Notes: generated by a model from the sequence alone, not told the origin. 64,000 nt of DNA from Octopus bimaculoides (GCF_001194135.2 NC_068982.1:13698700-13762699); one strand, 5' to 3'. Counted from the stretch's first letter, positions 24,893 to 37,757 are shown. Made by a program: numbers and translations.

Positions 24893-25694
24893 TATATACA
24901 CATATATATATATATAAATCTATGTATGTGTGTCTTTGTTTTTATCCTCCACCGCTTGACAACAGGTGTTGGTGTGTTTATGTCTCCATAACTCAGCAAA
25001 GGAGATTAAAAGAATTAAAAAATGCCCCATCATGGCTGCAGTCTAATGACTGAAACATTTGACCGATAAATATTTGCATATGCATGGAAAAACATCTACT
25101 GTGGTTAAGGTCATTGATTCAACTCATTCATAATGCCATCTCCGTATTCCAGGAGAATAGTTTCTCTTATCCTACAAAGATTAAAAGCAAGGAAAGAATT
25201 CACAGAATTTATTTTCAGGAATATAGTGGTAGCAGACCAAAAGACCCATGTTTCAGTGACACTATAGTGCCAATGATAACAAAAAGAAAGAAAAAGGTAA
25301 CATAAATGACCAGGGTTTAATATAATTAGATGAAAATGTTGTAAATCTAATATCAGGCCAGTTAGTGCTTTGTGACTCACTGGCTATGAGTTGAGTTTAT
25401 GGCATCTTTAAATAGCTTCTCTAATTTGGTTTATAGGAAATAATCCGGCATTCTCTCTGATTTCTCAAAATGTTGCAAAAAAATCATAATTAAGATACTA
25501 TGAAAAAGAATCTTTAGAAAGATCTGTCAAAAGAAAATACCAATTAACTTTAAACAAATTATGAATTCTTAGTTCAGAAGAAATCAGTTTTTAGTCTATT
25601 GGTAATTAGTGACCACCTCCAAAGAAAAATGTAAACTCCTGGTAGGTTCTATCTGGAATTAGTTTCATCTTGTTTCTGTTATTAGTATTCTTAA

Positions 25695-26150
25695 TAGATG
25701 GAAGGCAAGAAACTGGCAGAACCGTTTACATGCTGGGCAAAATGCATATTAGTATTTCATTTGTCTTTACGTTCTGAATTAATATTCCACCAAGGTCAAA
25801 TTTGCCTTTCATCCTTTTGAGGTCCATGAAATAACTACCAGTTATATACTGAGGTCAATTAGCCCCCTTCTCCAAAATTTCAAACCTTGTGCTTATAGTA
25901 GAAAGGATTGTTAATATTCTTAATAGATATAAAGTGACAAATTGGCAGAATTGTTAGCACGCCAAGCAAATTGCTTAGCAGCGTTTCATTTGTCTTTACA
26001 TTCTGAGTTCAAATTCCAGTGAGGTCTACTTTGCCTTTTATTCTTTCAAGGTCGATAAAATAAGTACCAGTTGAGCACAGGGGTTGATATAATTGACTTG
26101 CACCATCACCTGAAATAGCCAGCCTTGTACCAAAATTTTAAGCCAATTAA
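25695..26150 (+). mobile_element. Two tandem family B SINEs
   Basis: Two GGCAGAA..TTAGCA..GAGTTCAAATTCC..TTTGCCTTT..AAAATAAGTACCAG blocks. Confidence 0.85.
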
Positions 26151-26848
26151 GTCTTATTTCATTTCCTGTCTTTATACACCTGTATATTTACAACCTTATC
26201 ATCATCATCATCATCATCAGGCTATAGTAGAAGACACTTGCCCAAGGTACCACACAGTGGAACTGAACCCAGAACCATGTGGTTAGTAATAAAGCTACTT
26301 ATCATACAGCCACTCCTGCACCTATGTATATAAATCTTTCTTTCTCTCTCTCTCTCTCCATGTATATACACATACACACACATTTACATACGCGTATACA
26401 CATATCATGTGTGTGTGTGTGTATGTGTGTGTGTATGTGCCTGCATGTGTGTGTGCTGAGGAAATGTTGTCTGTTGATATAACCTGTACTTTGTTAGACA
26501 CTTTTATAAAAGATGATTTCTCAGGATGATTACAGCAGCTTACAGTGTTCAAAACAACACATCCAAGTTAAGATGGATGTGCTAATTCTCAAAGTGTTGT
26601 GCTAGAAACATATTGTACCAGGTGGCTAGGATATTTACCCTTCTAAGCTCAGAGAAATTTTAAATTCCAGTGAGTAGCTTTGGTTTCAAGGTGTTAAGCA
26701 CTGAAGATATAATTCTGCAACAAAATAAGATGCTGGTCTATTGCAGGTTGCTGTCATTGTTTTTATTGTTGCTTAGCTTCAGATCTGCTCTCAACAAGCA
26801 AACCTATAACTGAAAGAAATCCTATTTGTCTACATGCATACCTATTCC

Positions 26849-27019
26849 TTAACCCTTTAGCATTCAGGTTACTCTATTGAATTTAACGAACCGCATGGTT
26901 CTGGGTTCAGTCCCACTGTGTGGCACCTTGGGCAAGTGTCTTCTACTATAGCCTCGGGCCGGCCAAAGCCTTGTGAGTGGATTTGGTAGATGGAAACTAA
27001 AAGAAGCCCGTCGTATGTA

Positions 27020-27076
<57 letters not shown>

Positions 27077-27438
27077 ATATGTTTGTGTGTCTGTGTTTGT
27101 ACCCCCAACATCGCTTGACAACTGATGCTGGTGTGTTTACGTTCCCGTAACTTAGCAGTTTGGCAAAAGAGACCGATAGAATAAGTACTAGGCTTACAAA
27201 GAATAAGTCCTGGGGTCAATTTGCTTGACTAAAGGCGGTGCTCCAGCATGGTCACAATCAAATGACTGAAACAAGTAAAAGAGAGTATGCATTGTCTCAT
27301 AGTTTCAAGATATCTGGTTGTTAATTTTTAGAATGACATTGTAGGGTAGGTATGAGAGTCTGGATCCAGCTGGAATTGGTCATAAAACATGTAAAATATT
27401 TGGATTAGATGTGTCTGGTTTAAATGCCAAAGGATTAA
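26849..27438. mobile_element. piggyBac-like MITE (TTAA-flanked) interrupted by a family A SINE at ~26890-27285
   Basis: Starts TTAACCCTTTAGCATT, ends AAATGCCAAAGGATTAA. Confidence 0.75.
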
Positions 27439-27665
27439 GTCAAAGGATATGATGCAAGAGAGATTTATTTGCTACTTCTGACAGATTATGCAACATGATA
27501 GAAACTGTCTCACTAGGCAGCATTTCTAGGTGATCTAATACATACTTCCAACATCCATTTGAATTTAGACAATGTAAAATAATGAAATGTCTTATTGAGA
27601 AATGCAAAGAAGTACGTGTGACAGATTGAACTGACAATCTATGACCAAATAGTCCTATCACTTAC

Positions 27666-27693
27666 CAATTTTATCATTTAAGTTCTGCATACA
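27666..27693 (-). CDS. Candidate 28-nt exon (CMQNLNDKI)
   Basis: Acceptor TCTTTCTGTAAAG, donor G|GTAAGT. Confidence 0.3.
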
Positions 27694-28791
27694 CTTTACA
27701 GAAAGACATGGAAGTGAGTTACATAATAACATTTTGTCTCATGAAAAGTAGTACTCCTCAGTAAGAAAGAAAGAAAGAACAGCGTAGTCATCTTTGTCAG
27801 CTAACAGGAAAAAAAAAAAATGCCTTATCATTCATATTCTGTCAGTATCCAAGAGTGATTTGACAGACAGGAAATAAATATTGTACTTTTATTGAGATGG
27901 CAGTGACACAACACTGTTATCGCTTTCAACAACAAAAATACAGTTGCAAATAAGCAATGGGCAACTTCCTTAAATGCCAGTCACGTCTGACATGACGAGG
28001 AGAGTCAATACTTTCAAGAGACAATCAAGAAATTTCGGCAGCCCAATTACGACGACAAAAGATATTCAAATAAACAACTGCGAAATACGCACTTTTATAC
28101 GAGTTGTCATCTTCTGTCATGGATACATTTTCCTTAAATGAGAAACTAAATGTTGCTTGTCTTGTTGTTATTGCTGTTTAGCTCCAAATCCACATTGACT
28201 GAACAGATGTAGAAGTGAAAGAATTCCAGCCATGACCATTTCATCCATTTCCGATGTACAGGTGGCCCAGAACCACTAAATTCAAAGAATGTAATTTCTG
28301 AAGGCACATGGCTCAGTGGCTAGAGCATCACAGTCACAATCATGAGGTAATGAGTTCAAATCCCAGACCAGGCTGAGTGTTGTATTCTTAAGCAAGACAC
28401 TTTATTTTCNNNNNNNNNNNNNNNNNNNNNNNNNNNNNNNNNNNNNNNNNNNNNNNNNNNNNNNNNNNNNNNNNNNNNNNNNNNNNNNNNNNNNNNNNNN
28501 NNNNNNNNNNNNNNNNNNNNNNNNNNNNNNNNNNNNNNNNNNNNNNNNNNNNNNNNNNNNNNNNNNNNNNNNNNNNNNNNNNNNNNNNNNNNNNNNNNNN
28601 NNNNNNNNNNNNNNNNNNNNNNNNNNNNNNNNNNNNNNNNNNNNNNNNNNNNNNNNNNNNNNNNNNNNNNNNNNNNNNNNNNNNNNNNNNNNNNNNNNNN
28701 NNNNNNNNNNNNNNNNNNNNNNNNNNNNNNNNNNNNNNNNNNNNNNNNNNNNNNNNNNNNNNNNNNNNNNNNNNNNNNNNNNNNNNNNNNN

Positions 28792-29047
28792 GTGGTGATG
28801 GTGGTGGTGGTGGTAGTGGTGGTGGTGGTAGTGGTGGTGATGGTGGTGGTGGTGGTGGTGTTGGTGGTGGTAGTGATGGTGGTGGTGGTCGTCATCGTCA
28901 TTGTCGTCATTGTTGTCATTGTCGTCATTGTTGTCATTGTCGTCGTCATCACCATCATTGTCGTCGTCATCATCACCATCATCATCATAGTAGTAGTAGT
29001 AGTAGTAGTTATCGTAGTAGCAACAGCAGTAGTTGATGATGCTGCAG
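28792..29047. repeat. Compound trinucleotide array (GTG/GTC/ATT/ATC/GTA)
   Basis: Directly visible; minus strand reads Thr/Met-rich. Confidence 0.9.
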
Positions 29048-29519
29048 TAAAGGACTGATTCATGGTAAGGTTAAAAGAAGCAGAGGTTATTTCAGAAGTA
29101 AGCACAAAATGCAAATCTACAATTTTGACAACATGGATTCTTGATTTTACAAACCGTGTATTTTTATGCCAACTGTAATATCTCCAGCGAAATGATAACA
29201 TGAAGAACAACAACAAAACAACAATAACATTGAAAGCAGCAACGATAGAGTTGTAACAAAACCTATTATATTACAGTCAGGATATGTAAAAATGATACAA
29301 ATAACCAGAGTCACGGTTTACATAATTGCCAACAGTATTCTAAAAATAAAACCACCTCAAGTTCAGACAAATATCTGTTGAATTATTATTATTTTTTTTT
29401 TTTTATATTTGAGCCATTAAATTTTGCTTCTTTTCTAGCATTCTGATAGAATTCCATCATTTGTCTCAGATATTTTTTTGATAATTTGTTTGAGTTTCTT
29501 TTTTATTATTATTATTATC

Positions 29520-29552
<33 letters not shown>

Positions 29553-30499
29553 GTTATTATCGCTTTTATTTTTCTCAATTTTTGTTGTTGTTTTTTTTTG
29601 TTTTTTCAAAGTACCATATTCACAAGCAAGCGGTAGTACTGATACATGCAAGAAAATAAATTAAATGCCACTTTCAGGAATTATTTGAAGTAAAACTATA
29701 CTTTGCAGTATTAGACTTAAATTTGCATATTGTGTAAATGACATTCTGTGATGCCAAAGCTTTTAACTGTTTACGGATTCATGGTTCAAATTATTCATGC
29801 ATGAGTTACTTTATCTGAAATTTAGGAACAAAGTGAAGATTGTTAATTTATTTGTTTGCTTCTTAAAACTTAAACAAATTCAGTGTCCAATTATAGAAAA
29901 TTGACAAGTTTTATTGACAAATAGATTACTTTCTGAAATGTTGTAGTTGTTGCTGATGTTGTTGTTGTTGTTGTTTTTTGTTGTTGTTGTTGTTTTCATG
30001 CCAAACTATAAAAACAATATGATTTCTGAAACTCTATTGAAACATTCATTAACACCTGTTGTAATTTGAATTTATTTATCCTGAGATATATCATGCATAA
30101 AGCTATGAGAATTTATTCATAAGATACAACAACCAGGTTGGAAAGATTTATTACTTGAAATGATGCAGAAGGCAGTAGATTATAATGAAAATTAGGTTTC
30201 GACGGTGGCTTAATTTAGTAAGTAATTCACAATGTCACTGTCTGGCATTGCAGCGGTACGCTATATAAATATTCATCGTCTCATTAATGGTCTATTTATA
30301 AGCATGGATAAAGTTAACATTTACCGAATTACAACAATGTAAAGGGCCAGTATATATCTCCATTTTCCATTGCAATAGGCAGATAAGAGACAAAATTCCC
30401 ACAAGATAACATGTTTCTGAGAACTTCTTCCATGGGAGGAGCTGATCTAAAAACTGCTGTCATTATTACAAGCAATAAATTATACTATCTTGCAGAAGC

Positions 30500-30738
30500 T
30501 GTTGAAAATATATGAATTCTGTAGACGAGATGAGAACAGTACTGCAGGAGTACTTTTTGACAAGAAGAAGGGAATTTTGGAAGAGGGACCTTGGAAGAAG
30601 TCTACCAGATAGATGGAAGAGCATTGTAGAAAATGATGGAGAGTATATCTTAGATTAAAAAAAGAACTTTGTTTATCTTAAGTCTGAAAAATAAAAGAAG
30701 TATAAAAAATACCGCATTATTCATGGAATAACCCAATA
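30500..30738 (+). mobile_element. 3' end of the same mariner family as 19540-20465
   Basis: AAAATATATGAATTCTGTAGACGA.. to TIR CATTATTCATGGAATAACCCAATA matches 20235-20465. Confidence 0.9.
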
Positions 30739-30751
30739 TATATATATATAT

Positions 30752-31208
30752 TACTCTTTTACTTGTTTCAGTCATTTGACTGTGGCCATGCTGGAACACT
30801 GCTTTAGTCAAACAAATCGACCCCAGGACTTATTCTATGTAAGCCTAGTACTTATTCTATTGGTCTCTTTTGCCGAACCACTAAGTTACGGGGACGTAAA
30901 CACACCAGCNNNNNNNNNNATTGGTCTCTTTTGCCGAACCACTAAGTTACGGGGACGTAAACACACCAGCATCGGTTGTCAAGCGATGTTGGGAGGACAA
31001 ACACAGACACACAAGCACATACACACACACACACACATACATATATACGATGGACTTCTTTCAGTTTCCGTCTACCAAATCCACTCACAAGGCTTTGGTT
31101 GGCCCGAGGCTATAGTAAAAGACACTTGCCCAAGGTGCCACACAGAGGGACTGAACCCGGAACCATGTGGTTGGTAAGCAAGCTACTCACCACACAGCCA
31201 CTCCTACG

Positions 31209-31212
<4 letters not shown>
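30752..31212 (-). mobile_element. Family A SINE
   Basis: Tail to head present; artefactual duplication around a 10-N gap. Confidence 0.92.
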
Positions 31213-31239
<27 letters not shown>

Positions 31240-31364
31240 ATGAAGGAATTAGAAGTGTTTCGTCTACATTAAAATTTCTTCAAAATTTTGATATAATATA
31301 AATGATAGCATGAGATTCCAGATAGCCAACAACATTATAGCATTACATCAATATAAAGCTACAT

Positions 31365-31570
31365 AAGATGGTGAGCTGGTAAGATTGTTACCATCCGGAA
31401 AAAATGATTAGCAGCATTTTGCCTGTGGAGTTCAAATTCCACTGAGGTCGACTTTGCCCTTCATCCTTTCAGGCTTGATAAAATAAGTAACAGTTGAGCG
31501 TTGTGATTGATGAAATCAACTTCACCCTCCCCCAAAATTGCTGGCCTTGTGCCAAAATTTGAAAGTAATG
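31365..31570 (+). mobile_element. Family B SINE
   Basis: GAGTTCAAATTCC, GTCGACTTTGCCCTTCATCCTTTC core. Confidence 0.85.
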
Positions 31571-31999
31571 TATAAAGCTACAGACATTTCACTGAAACCT
31601 TTCTAAAATTGTAATTGTAATTGTAATTGTACTAAAAATTAACTGGGAGCCTTTATTTCAGCATGCTAGAAATAAAACCAAGTTTTCCCTCAAGCCAACC
31701 CTACCATCTTAAAAACAATGAGGGATATATTGGACAATGAAATACTGGGTGTGCCTGAATAAATATTGAGCTTCTATGTATATCACTGATATCTAACTTC
31801 AGCTGCAGGTATCTACCATTGATAAAAGCAAGAAATCACATGATTTGGTCATCCTGGTAGCAATGGCAATGATTATCATCACAATTCCATATGAGAAGTT
31901 CTCTCGTGGTAAATATCACAGTATTCTATGTTCTAACACAACATCCACTTAAAATGGGAGATAAACATTACCTCACAGTATTTATACTGCTTCTTATTT

Positions 32000-32212
32000 C
32001 TTTACTGCCCACAAGGGGGACAAACAAGGACAGACAAACTGATTAAGTCGATTATATCGACCCCATTGCGTAACTGGTACTTATTTAATCGACCCCGAAA
32101 GGATGAAAGGCAAAGTCGACCTTGGTGGAATTTGAACTCAGAACATAACGGCAGAAGAAATACCGCTAAGCATTTCATCCAGTGTGCTAACGATTCTGCC
32201 AGGTCGCTGCCT
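32000..32212 (-). mobile_element. Family B SINE, full length, young
   Basis: Tail TTTCTTTACTGCCCACAAGGGG, core and head; CpGs retained. Confidence 0.92.
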
Positions 32213-32239
32213 TTATTAATACTCCTTCTGTCATTGTTA

Positions 32240-32288
<49 letters not shown>

Positions 32289-32524
32289 ATGTGTGTGTGT
32301 TTGTGTATATGTATGTGTTTGTGTGTGTGTGAATGTGTGTTTGTGTGTGTGTGTTTGTGTGTGTGTATGTGTTTGTGTATGTGTGAGTATTTGTGTGTAA
32401 GAGTGTGTGTGTGTGTGTGTGTCTGAAGAGAGAGAGAGACAGAGAGAGAGAGAAGTCAGTTGCCCTGGTGATATGACTACTTTGCTGAAAATCAAAGAGA
32501 AAGAGAATAACTACGGACAACATC

Positions 32525-32845
32525 TTTGAAGCTGTCGGCCAGTTACTGTACCCCGATTATAAATTTATACTTACCAATAATAATCGGTGCACTTGGTTAT
32601 GTTAGCAAATCCCTAAGTTACAATCTGGATAAGCTATGGTTTTCAGAAAACGAAATCAACCAGCTAGTTTGCACATTACAAATACAATTTGTAAGTGGAA
32701 CAGTAAAAATATGCAAGACTTTTGTCAGGTTCAAAATATGACATTCTTTTCGTTATCGACATTCCAAAGATGGAGCTTTGTATCTTTGTTAGAAACCAGC
32801 TCCTTCTTTACAAGAAGACTGCAAATAATTAAAAGCAGACGTGAA
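32525..32845 (+). mobile_element. 3' end of an RLE (R4/NeSL-type) non-LTR retrotransposon
   Basis: ORF 32526-32741: PIIIGALGYVSKSL..LQIQFVSGTVKICKTF, typical RLE C-terminus, then 3' UTR. Confidence 0.8.
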
Positions 32846-32984
32846 CATCCATCTATTTTTCTATCTATCCATCCACCCATCCATCCATATCCGTCCATCC
32901 ATCCATTCATCCATCTATATATACATACATTTATACGTACATATATACATACATGCTTTAAAAATGGGTTACAGTGAATATCCT

Positions 32985-33360
32985 GCTCAGTTTTGCTTGT
33001 CAGTTGCTTGATATTAACCAGTTGAGCATGTCCCTCACTGGCTGATGATATGTGCATCTTTGATCATGTGTAGGAGTAGTGGGGAACTATCGTAGCCATG
33101 TGTTGAGAGAGATTCTTTGGGGTCTGAATAATTCACCCTTGGAAACATAGATATTTCATTCATCATCCTTAAACAACCCTTATTTAGGGACCTTTTGAGC
33201 GGGAGGGCTACTCAATCTGAATAAAATTCTACCTGGGCCCCATCTGCAAGATCATGCACATATGGCTGTGCCTGGTGTAACTTTATCAGATGGGTAGTCA
33301 TGATGGGTATATTCAGCATCATATACTTGTGCCCCAGCATCACTTTGAAGGTATGCACTA
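32985..33360 (-). repeat. Unclassified dispersed repeat; inverted partner at 37290-37640
   Basis: Shared blocks GATGCACATATC, GAATC.CTCTCA.CACA, GTTGTTTAAGGATGATGAA, CAAAAGG. Confidence 0.75.
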
Positions 33361-35644
33361 ATCTCTCACATATATACAAATAATGCAATATTGATTTCTG
33401 ATTTTGAAAGGCCAGTTTGTTCAGTGTTCCTGTTATTAATTAACTTAGTCATCTGTTCTCTCAAGTATGGATAAATAAATTTTTCTTATTTTCTGCTTCT
33501 AGGAAGTTCAAATTACATTAACAAAACAGAAGAAAATGACATTAGCTTTATTAGCTTATTTGAGCCATTATTCGAAATAAGCTAAGTATAAGGCACACAT
33601 GTAGCCCTTTATCTTAGAAGTTCACTTTGCAGCCATGTGGCTATAGGTTCAATCTTATTCTGCAGCACCATACACAAATTACTTTTATTACTGATTAAAA
33701 ATTGACCAAAGTTTTGTAGGTGAAATTCAGTAGACAGAAGTTATGTAGAAACATATTGAATAAATAGTTCGAATTTACAGAAAACATGCTTATGTCCCTG
33801 TAACTTAGTGGTTCAGCGAAAAAGAACGATAGAATAAGTACCAAGCTTAGAAAGAGTAAGTCCTGGGATTAATTTCTTCAACTAAAAAGGTGGTGCTCCA
33901 GCATGACCGCAGTTTGAAGCAAGTAAAAGAGTAAATGTAGAAACAGAGAGAATATAGCGAAAATACTGATTATAAATGTTAGCAATAAGAGAGGAAATAC
34001 TTTTAATTGCTTGGAGAAGCTTGTTTGATTGAAGTTTTCCATTTTACTATACTTCATACATGTGACTCCCTACTGTATTCATGTCTTGTAAAGCAGAATG
34101 TTCCCCCTGAGGTATTTATTAGAAAAGATGAATTGTTTCCATAAAAGATTTATGGAAACAATTTTTATCATTTTTCCTGTTAGCTAAATGAAAATATGAA
34201 CCCTATATAACTAGCAGTGTTTAAATATATCGAAATTGAAAAATAAATAAATGATGTTAAAAACCATTGCAGCATAAAGGAAGACAAAATGATTTATGAT
34301 TTTAAACCTTTGCAATGATATCAAACAAGGAAATTAAAAAAATAACAAATAAAAAAGCCTCTGTAGAAATCAATCTCAAATTAAAAAACAAATATATTTA
34401 CATTTACAGTCAATTCAGTATACTTCAAAGGCTACTTATTCCCCATATAGACTAATATATGTTTCCAAACCTCTGGCTCAGTGAATTATAGTAACCTTAA
34501 TATCCAATGACTTATTCCTGATAACACATTTAGTGGCTGCTGTTGCTATTGTAATTTAACACAAAATGAATTCACGATCTATGCGGATCAGGACAGCAAT
34601 TATTCTTGAGCTAGAAGCATGCTAGTGTAGTATTTATAACTTACTAGTAATTCAGTGTAGCATTATGGAATAACATTCAAACGCAAAAGGGATATTAGTA
34701 TGCACAACTCAATTTCCATTCTGAACATAAGCTTGAGTGAAAGTCCTTCTGTGTAAAGCTAATCATTTTCAGTTTCCGCTTTTTGCAAAAAAAATTACCA
34801 GCTGTCTTCATAACGATTTATATCATCCTATTATAAACATACATGTTTTGGTTATTTTATTTGCCATTGAACCTCCTCTTTTTATGTGGAGGTTAGTTAA
34901 TCAACACCAATATTGAAGTGTGGATAGAATGAGATAAATCTGCGTTCTCAGTCATATGGTTGCACTCCAAGAATAATTTTTCTTTAGTAATGTGTTAATT
35001 ATGAAATCAATTGTTAATATTTTGCTATTATAAACATGACACTTAAAACTTGTTTTTTCTGCCAATAAAATATTTTTTCAGAGTAAGACTGTTTTGAGTT
35101 CAAAGGGCCTGGCTAATCATTAAAAATTTAGTTTAGCTCTAAAAATGGAAGCTTAAAACAAAATAGAATAAGACGAAAAACAAATTGCTCCATAAATATT
35201 GATTATAGGTAGCAATAATATCTGGTAGAAGATCATCAAAACTTTGACTAACATCGTAGTGACTGAGAAAAAACATTATTAAATGTAAAGGTTTCATAGA
35301 TAAAATCTATAAAAGTACATTAAAGAAATGAAGAGTTGCTTTTGTTTCTAAGCATTTTCAGTGTATTGAAATATGTGTCATGATAATTTTCAGAATTTTA
35401 TTGATTAACCATTTTCTGAGTTTGTTACAGACCACATCCATAGCAACTAAAACTTTCTCTGCTTTAGAAAAGTGATATATTTGATTGACTTGCAGCAACT
35501 TGGATGGTTCCAAATATATATTATAAAAGAGTTATGTAATTTACGAGTACAATAATTTCAGAACGTGATATTGGTTTCATTTGAATAGATACAAGGATAC
35601 TATATTTGCAAAGAAGATTACACGGGATATTGCAATGTTCATAC

Positions 35645-35661
35645 CTTTCCAAAAGCATTAT
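35645..35661 (-). CDS. Candidate 17-nt microexon (xNAFGK or IMLLE)
   Basis: Very strong acceptor TTCTGCTTCATTTTCACAG and donor AAG|GTATGA. Confidence 0.4.
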
Positions 35662-36333
35662 CTGTGAAAATGAAGCAGAATGGTTTCAATGTGAAATATA
35701 CTCTCAACTGGCATACAATCTCATTTATTTATTTTATAAAGCAATTTGTGCACAATAGTTTCATTGGTTACAGGTTTCCAACAGACCAATAATTGATTCA
35801 TAGTATTTCTGACAGTGGCAATAACAAACGAATGTCTATAATTTGGTGTAGAACAAATTATTTAAGGGAATTCATCTGAGAACTGTTGCTTTGTTTTGTT
35901 TTGTTTTTCTCGTCAATGTTTAGTTCCTTTGCTATTACACTACACCAAAAGACACACACACACACACGTGTGTGTGTGGCAGCTGAGCTTCCAACTGAAC
36001 AAAGAAAATTATCTTTCTGTTGGTGTTTCCAGGTGGTGATACTATAGGTTGGCTGAGAATTCTTGACAGAAATGTTGCTATTTGGTGATGGAGTGGAATT
36101 TGATCCCTGAATGCACAACACCTCATCACAGATACATTAAGGCATCTCATCACAGATACATTAAGGCATCTCATCCAATGCTCTAACAATTTCTGCCAAT
36201 TCACCCAACCCCAACCCCTCTGCTACATTTTCTTTTTAATTTATATATTTTGTATATACATATGCATGTGAGTGTGTATGTGTGCATGTTTGTGCGTGTG
36301 TGTGTGAGAGAGAGAAAGTATTTATGCCGATAA

Positions 36334-36369
<36 letters not shown>

Positions 36370-36513
36370 ATATCTTTCATCAATGTGTGTGTGCGTGTGT
36401 ATATGTATGTGTGTGTGTATGTGAGTATCTATGTGGAAATCTTTCATCACTATTTGTGTGTGTGTGTGTGTGTGTGAGTATCTATGTGGATATATTTCCT
36501 CAATGTGTGTGTG

Positions 36514-36556
<43 letters not shown>

Positions 36557-36659
36557 ACACATTGGATAGTTCAGGTCATCATCATTGCGGATGATTGAGA
36601 AATGCTGACTTATTAAGTATAAGAAGCTTCTAACCATATTAGTGGAAATGTCTTGATTC

Positions 36660-36671
36660 TTCATCATCATC

Positions 36672-36703
<32 letters not shown>

Positions 36704-37200
36704 CGTTTAACGTCCGTTTCCATGCTAGCATGGATTGGACAGTTCAACTGGGGTCTGGGAAGCCAGGAAGCTACACCAGGCACCAATCTGAACTGGCAGT
36801 ATTTCTACAGCTGGATGCCCTTCCTAACGCCAACCACTCCATGAGTGTAGTGGGTGCTTTTTACGTGTCACCAGCACAGGAGCCAGAGGAGTCTGGCAAC
36901 GGCCACGATCAGTCGGTGCTTTTTGCGTGCCACCAGCATGGAAGCCAGTCAAGGAAGTGCTGGCATCGGCCACGTTTGGATTCTGCTTTTTACATGCCAC
37001 CGGCACGGGGATCACTACTACAATTTCTTTTTGATTTTCATTTTGATGTTGATGTTGATGTACTTGACTCAATAGGTCCCCTCAAGCACAGCATGTCGCC
37101 CTACAATCCAAGATACTTTTGAATGGGCTGGGGCTGGTTATGCGAAACTGGTATAGGATACAGCCTTCACTTACCAGTATATTACTGAATGGGAAAGCAG
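36660..37200 (-). mobile_element. RTE-tail retroposon, longer copy with ~3 satellite units and extra upstream sequence
   Basis: (ATC)n end, tail, units at ~36850-37010. Confidence 0.88.
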
Positions 37201-37289
37201 CACATGCCTTCAAAGTGAAGCACAAATATATGAAGCACATATATATGGGGCACATATATATATATATATGAACCCCAATATTATACTCA

Positions 37290-37640
37290 TTGTGACTATC
37301 CATCTGATAAGGGTACACCAGACACATATATCATAATTATATGTGCAAAACATGGTGACCTCATATCAAGATAAACTGTGCATGACCTAGTAGATGGGGC
37401 CCAATTAGAATGTTCTTCACATTGAGTAGCCCAGTCAGCTCAAAAGGTTCCTGAATAAGAGTTGTTTAAGGATGATGAATGAAAGGCCTATGTTTCCTGG
37501 GGAAAATTATTCAAACTCCAAAGAATCCCTCTCAGCACATAGTTATGATGCTCCTTTGTTACTCCTGCTCGTGATCAGAGATGCACATATCATCAACCAC
37601 CAAGGGACATGCAAACCGGTAGTACTGAGCAGAATATTTG
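37290..37640 (+). repeat. Unclassified dispersed repeat; partner of 32985-33360
   Basis: Reverse-complement similarity to 32985-33360. Confidence 0.75.
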
Positions 37641-37757
37641 TTGTGTATTTATGTATGTATGTATGTATGTAGGTAGGTAGGTAGGTAGGTAGGTAGGTAG
37701 GCAGGCAGGCAGTTGGTGAACAAACAAAAGAAAATGTTTCTTGACATGTAGTTAAAG

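Noticed and set aside
25084-25380. Overlapping protein-like ORFs on both strands
   Set aside because: Short, no recognisable motif, splice signals ambiguous on both strands
30850-30970. Tandem duplication flanking a 10-N gap (likewise 17260-17290 and 40683-40790)
   Set aside because: Identical sequence on both sides of a minimal gap is the signature of overlapping contig ends
33503-33590. Very strong plus-strand acceptor followed by short open frames
   Set aside because: Frames end in stops before any donor; no partner exons
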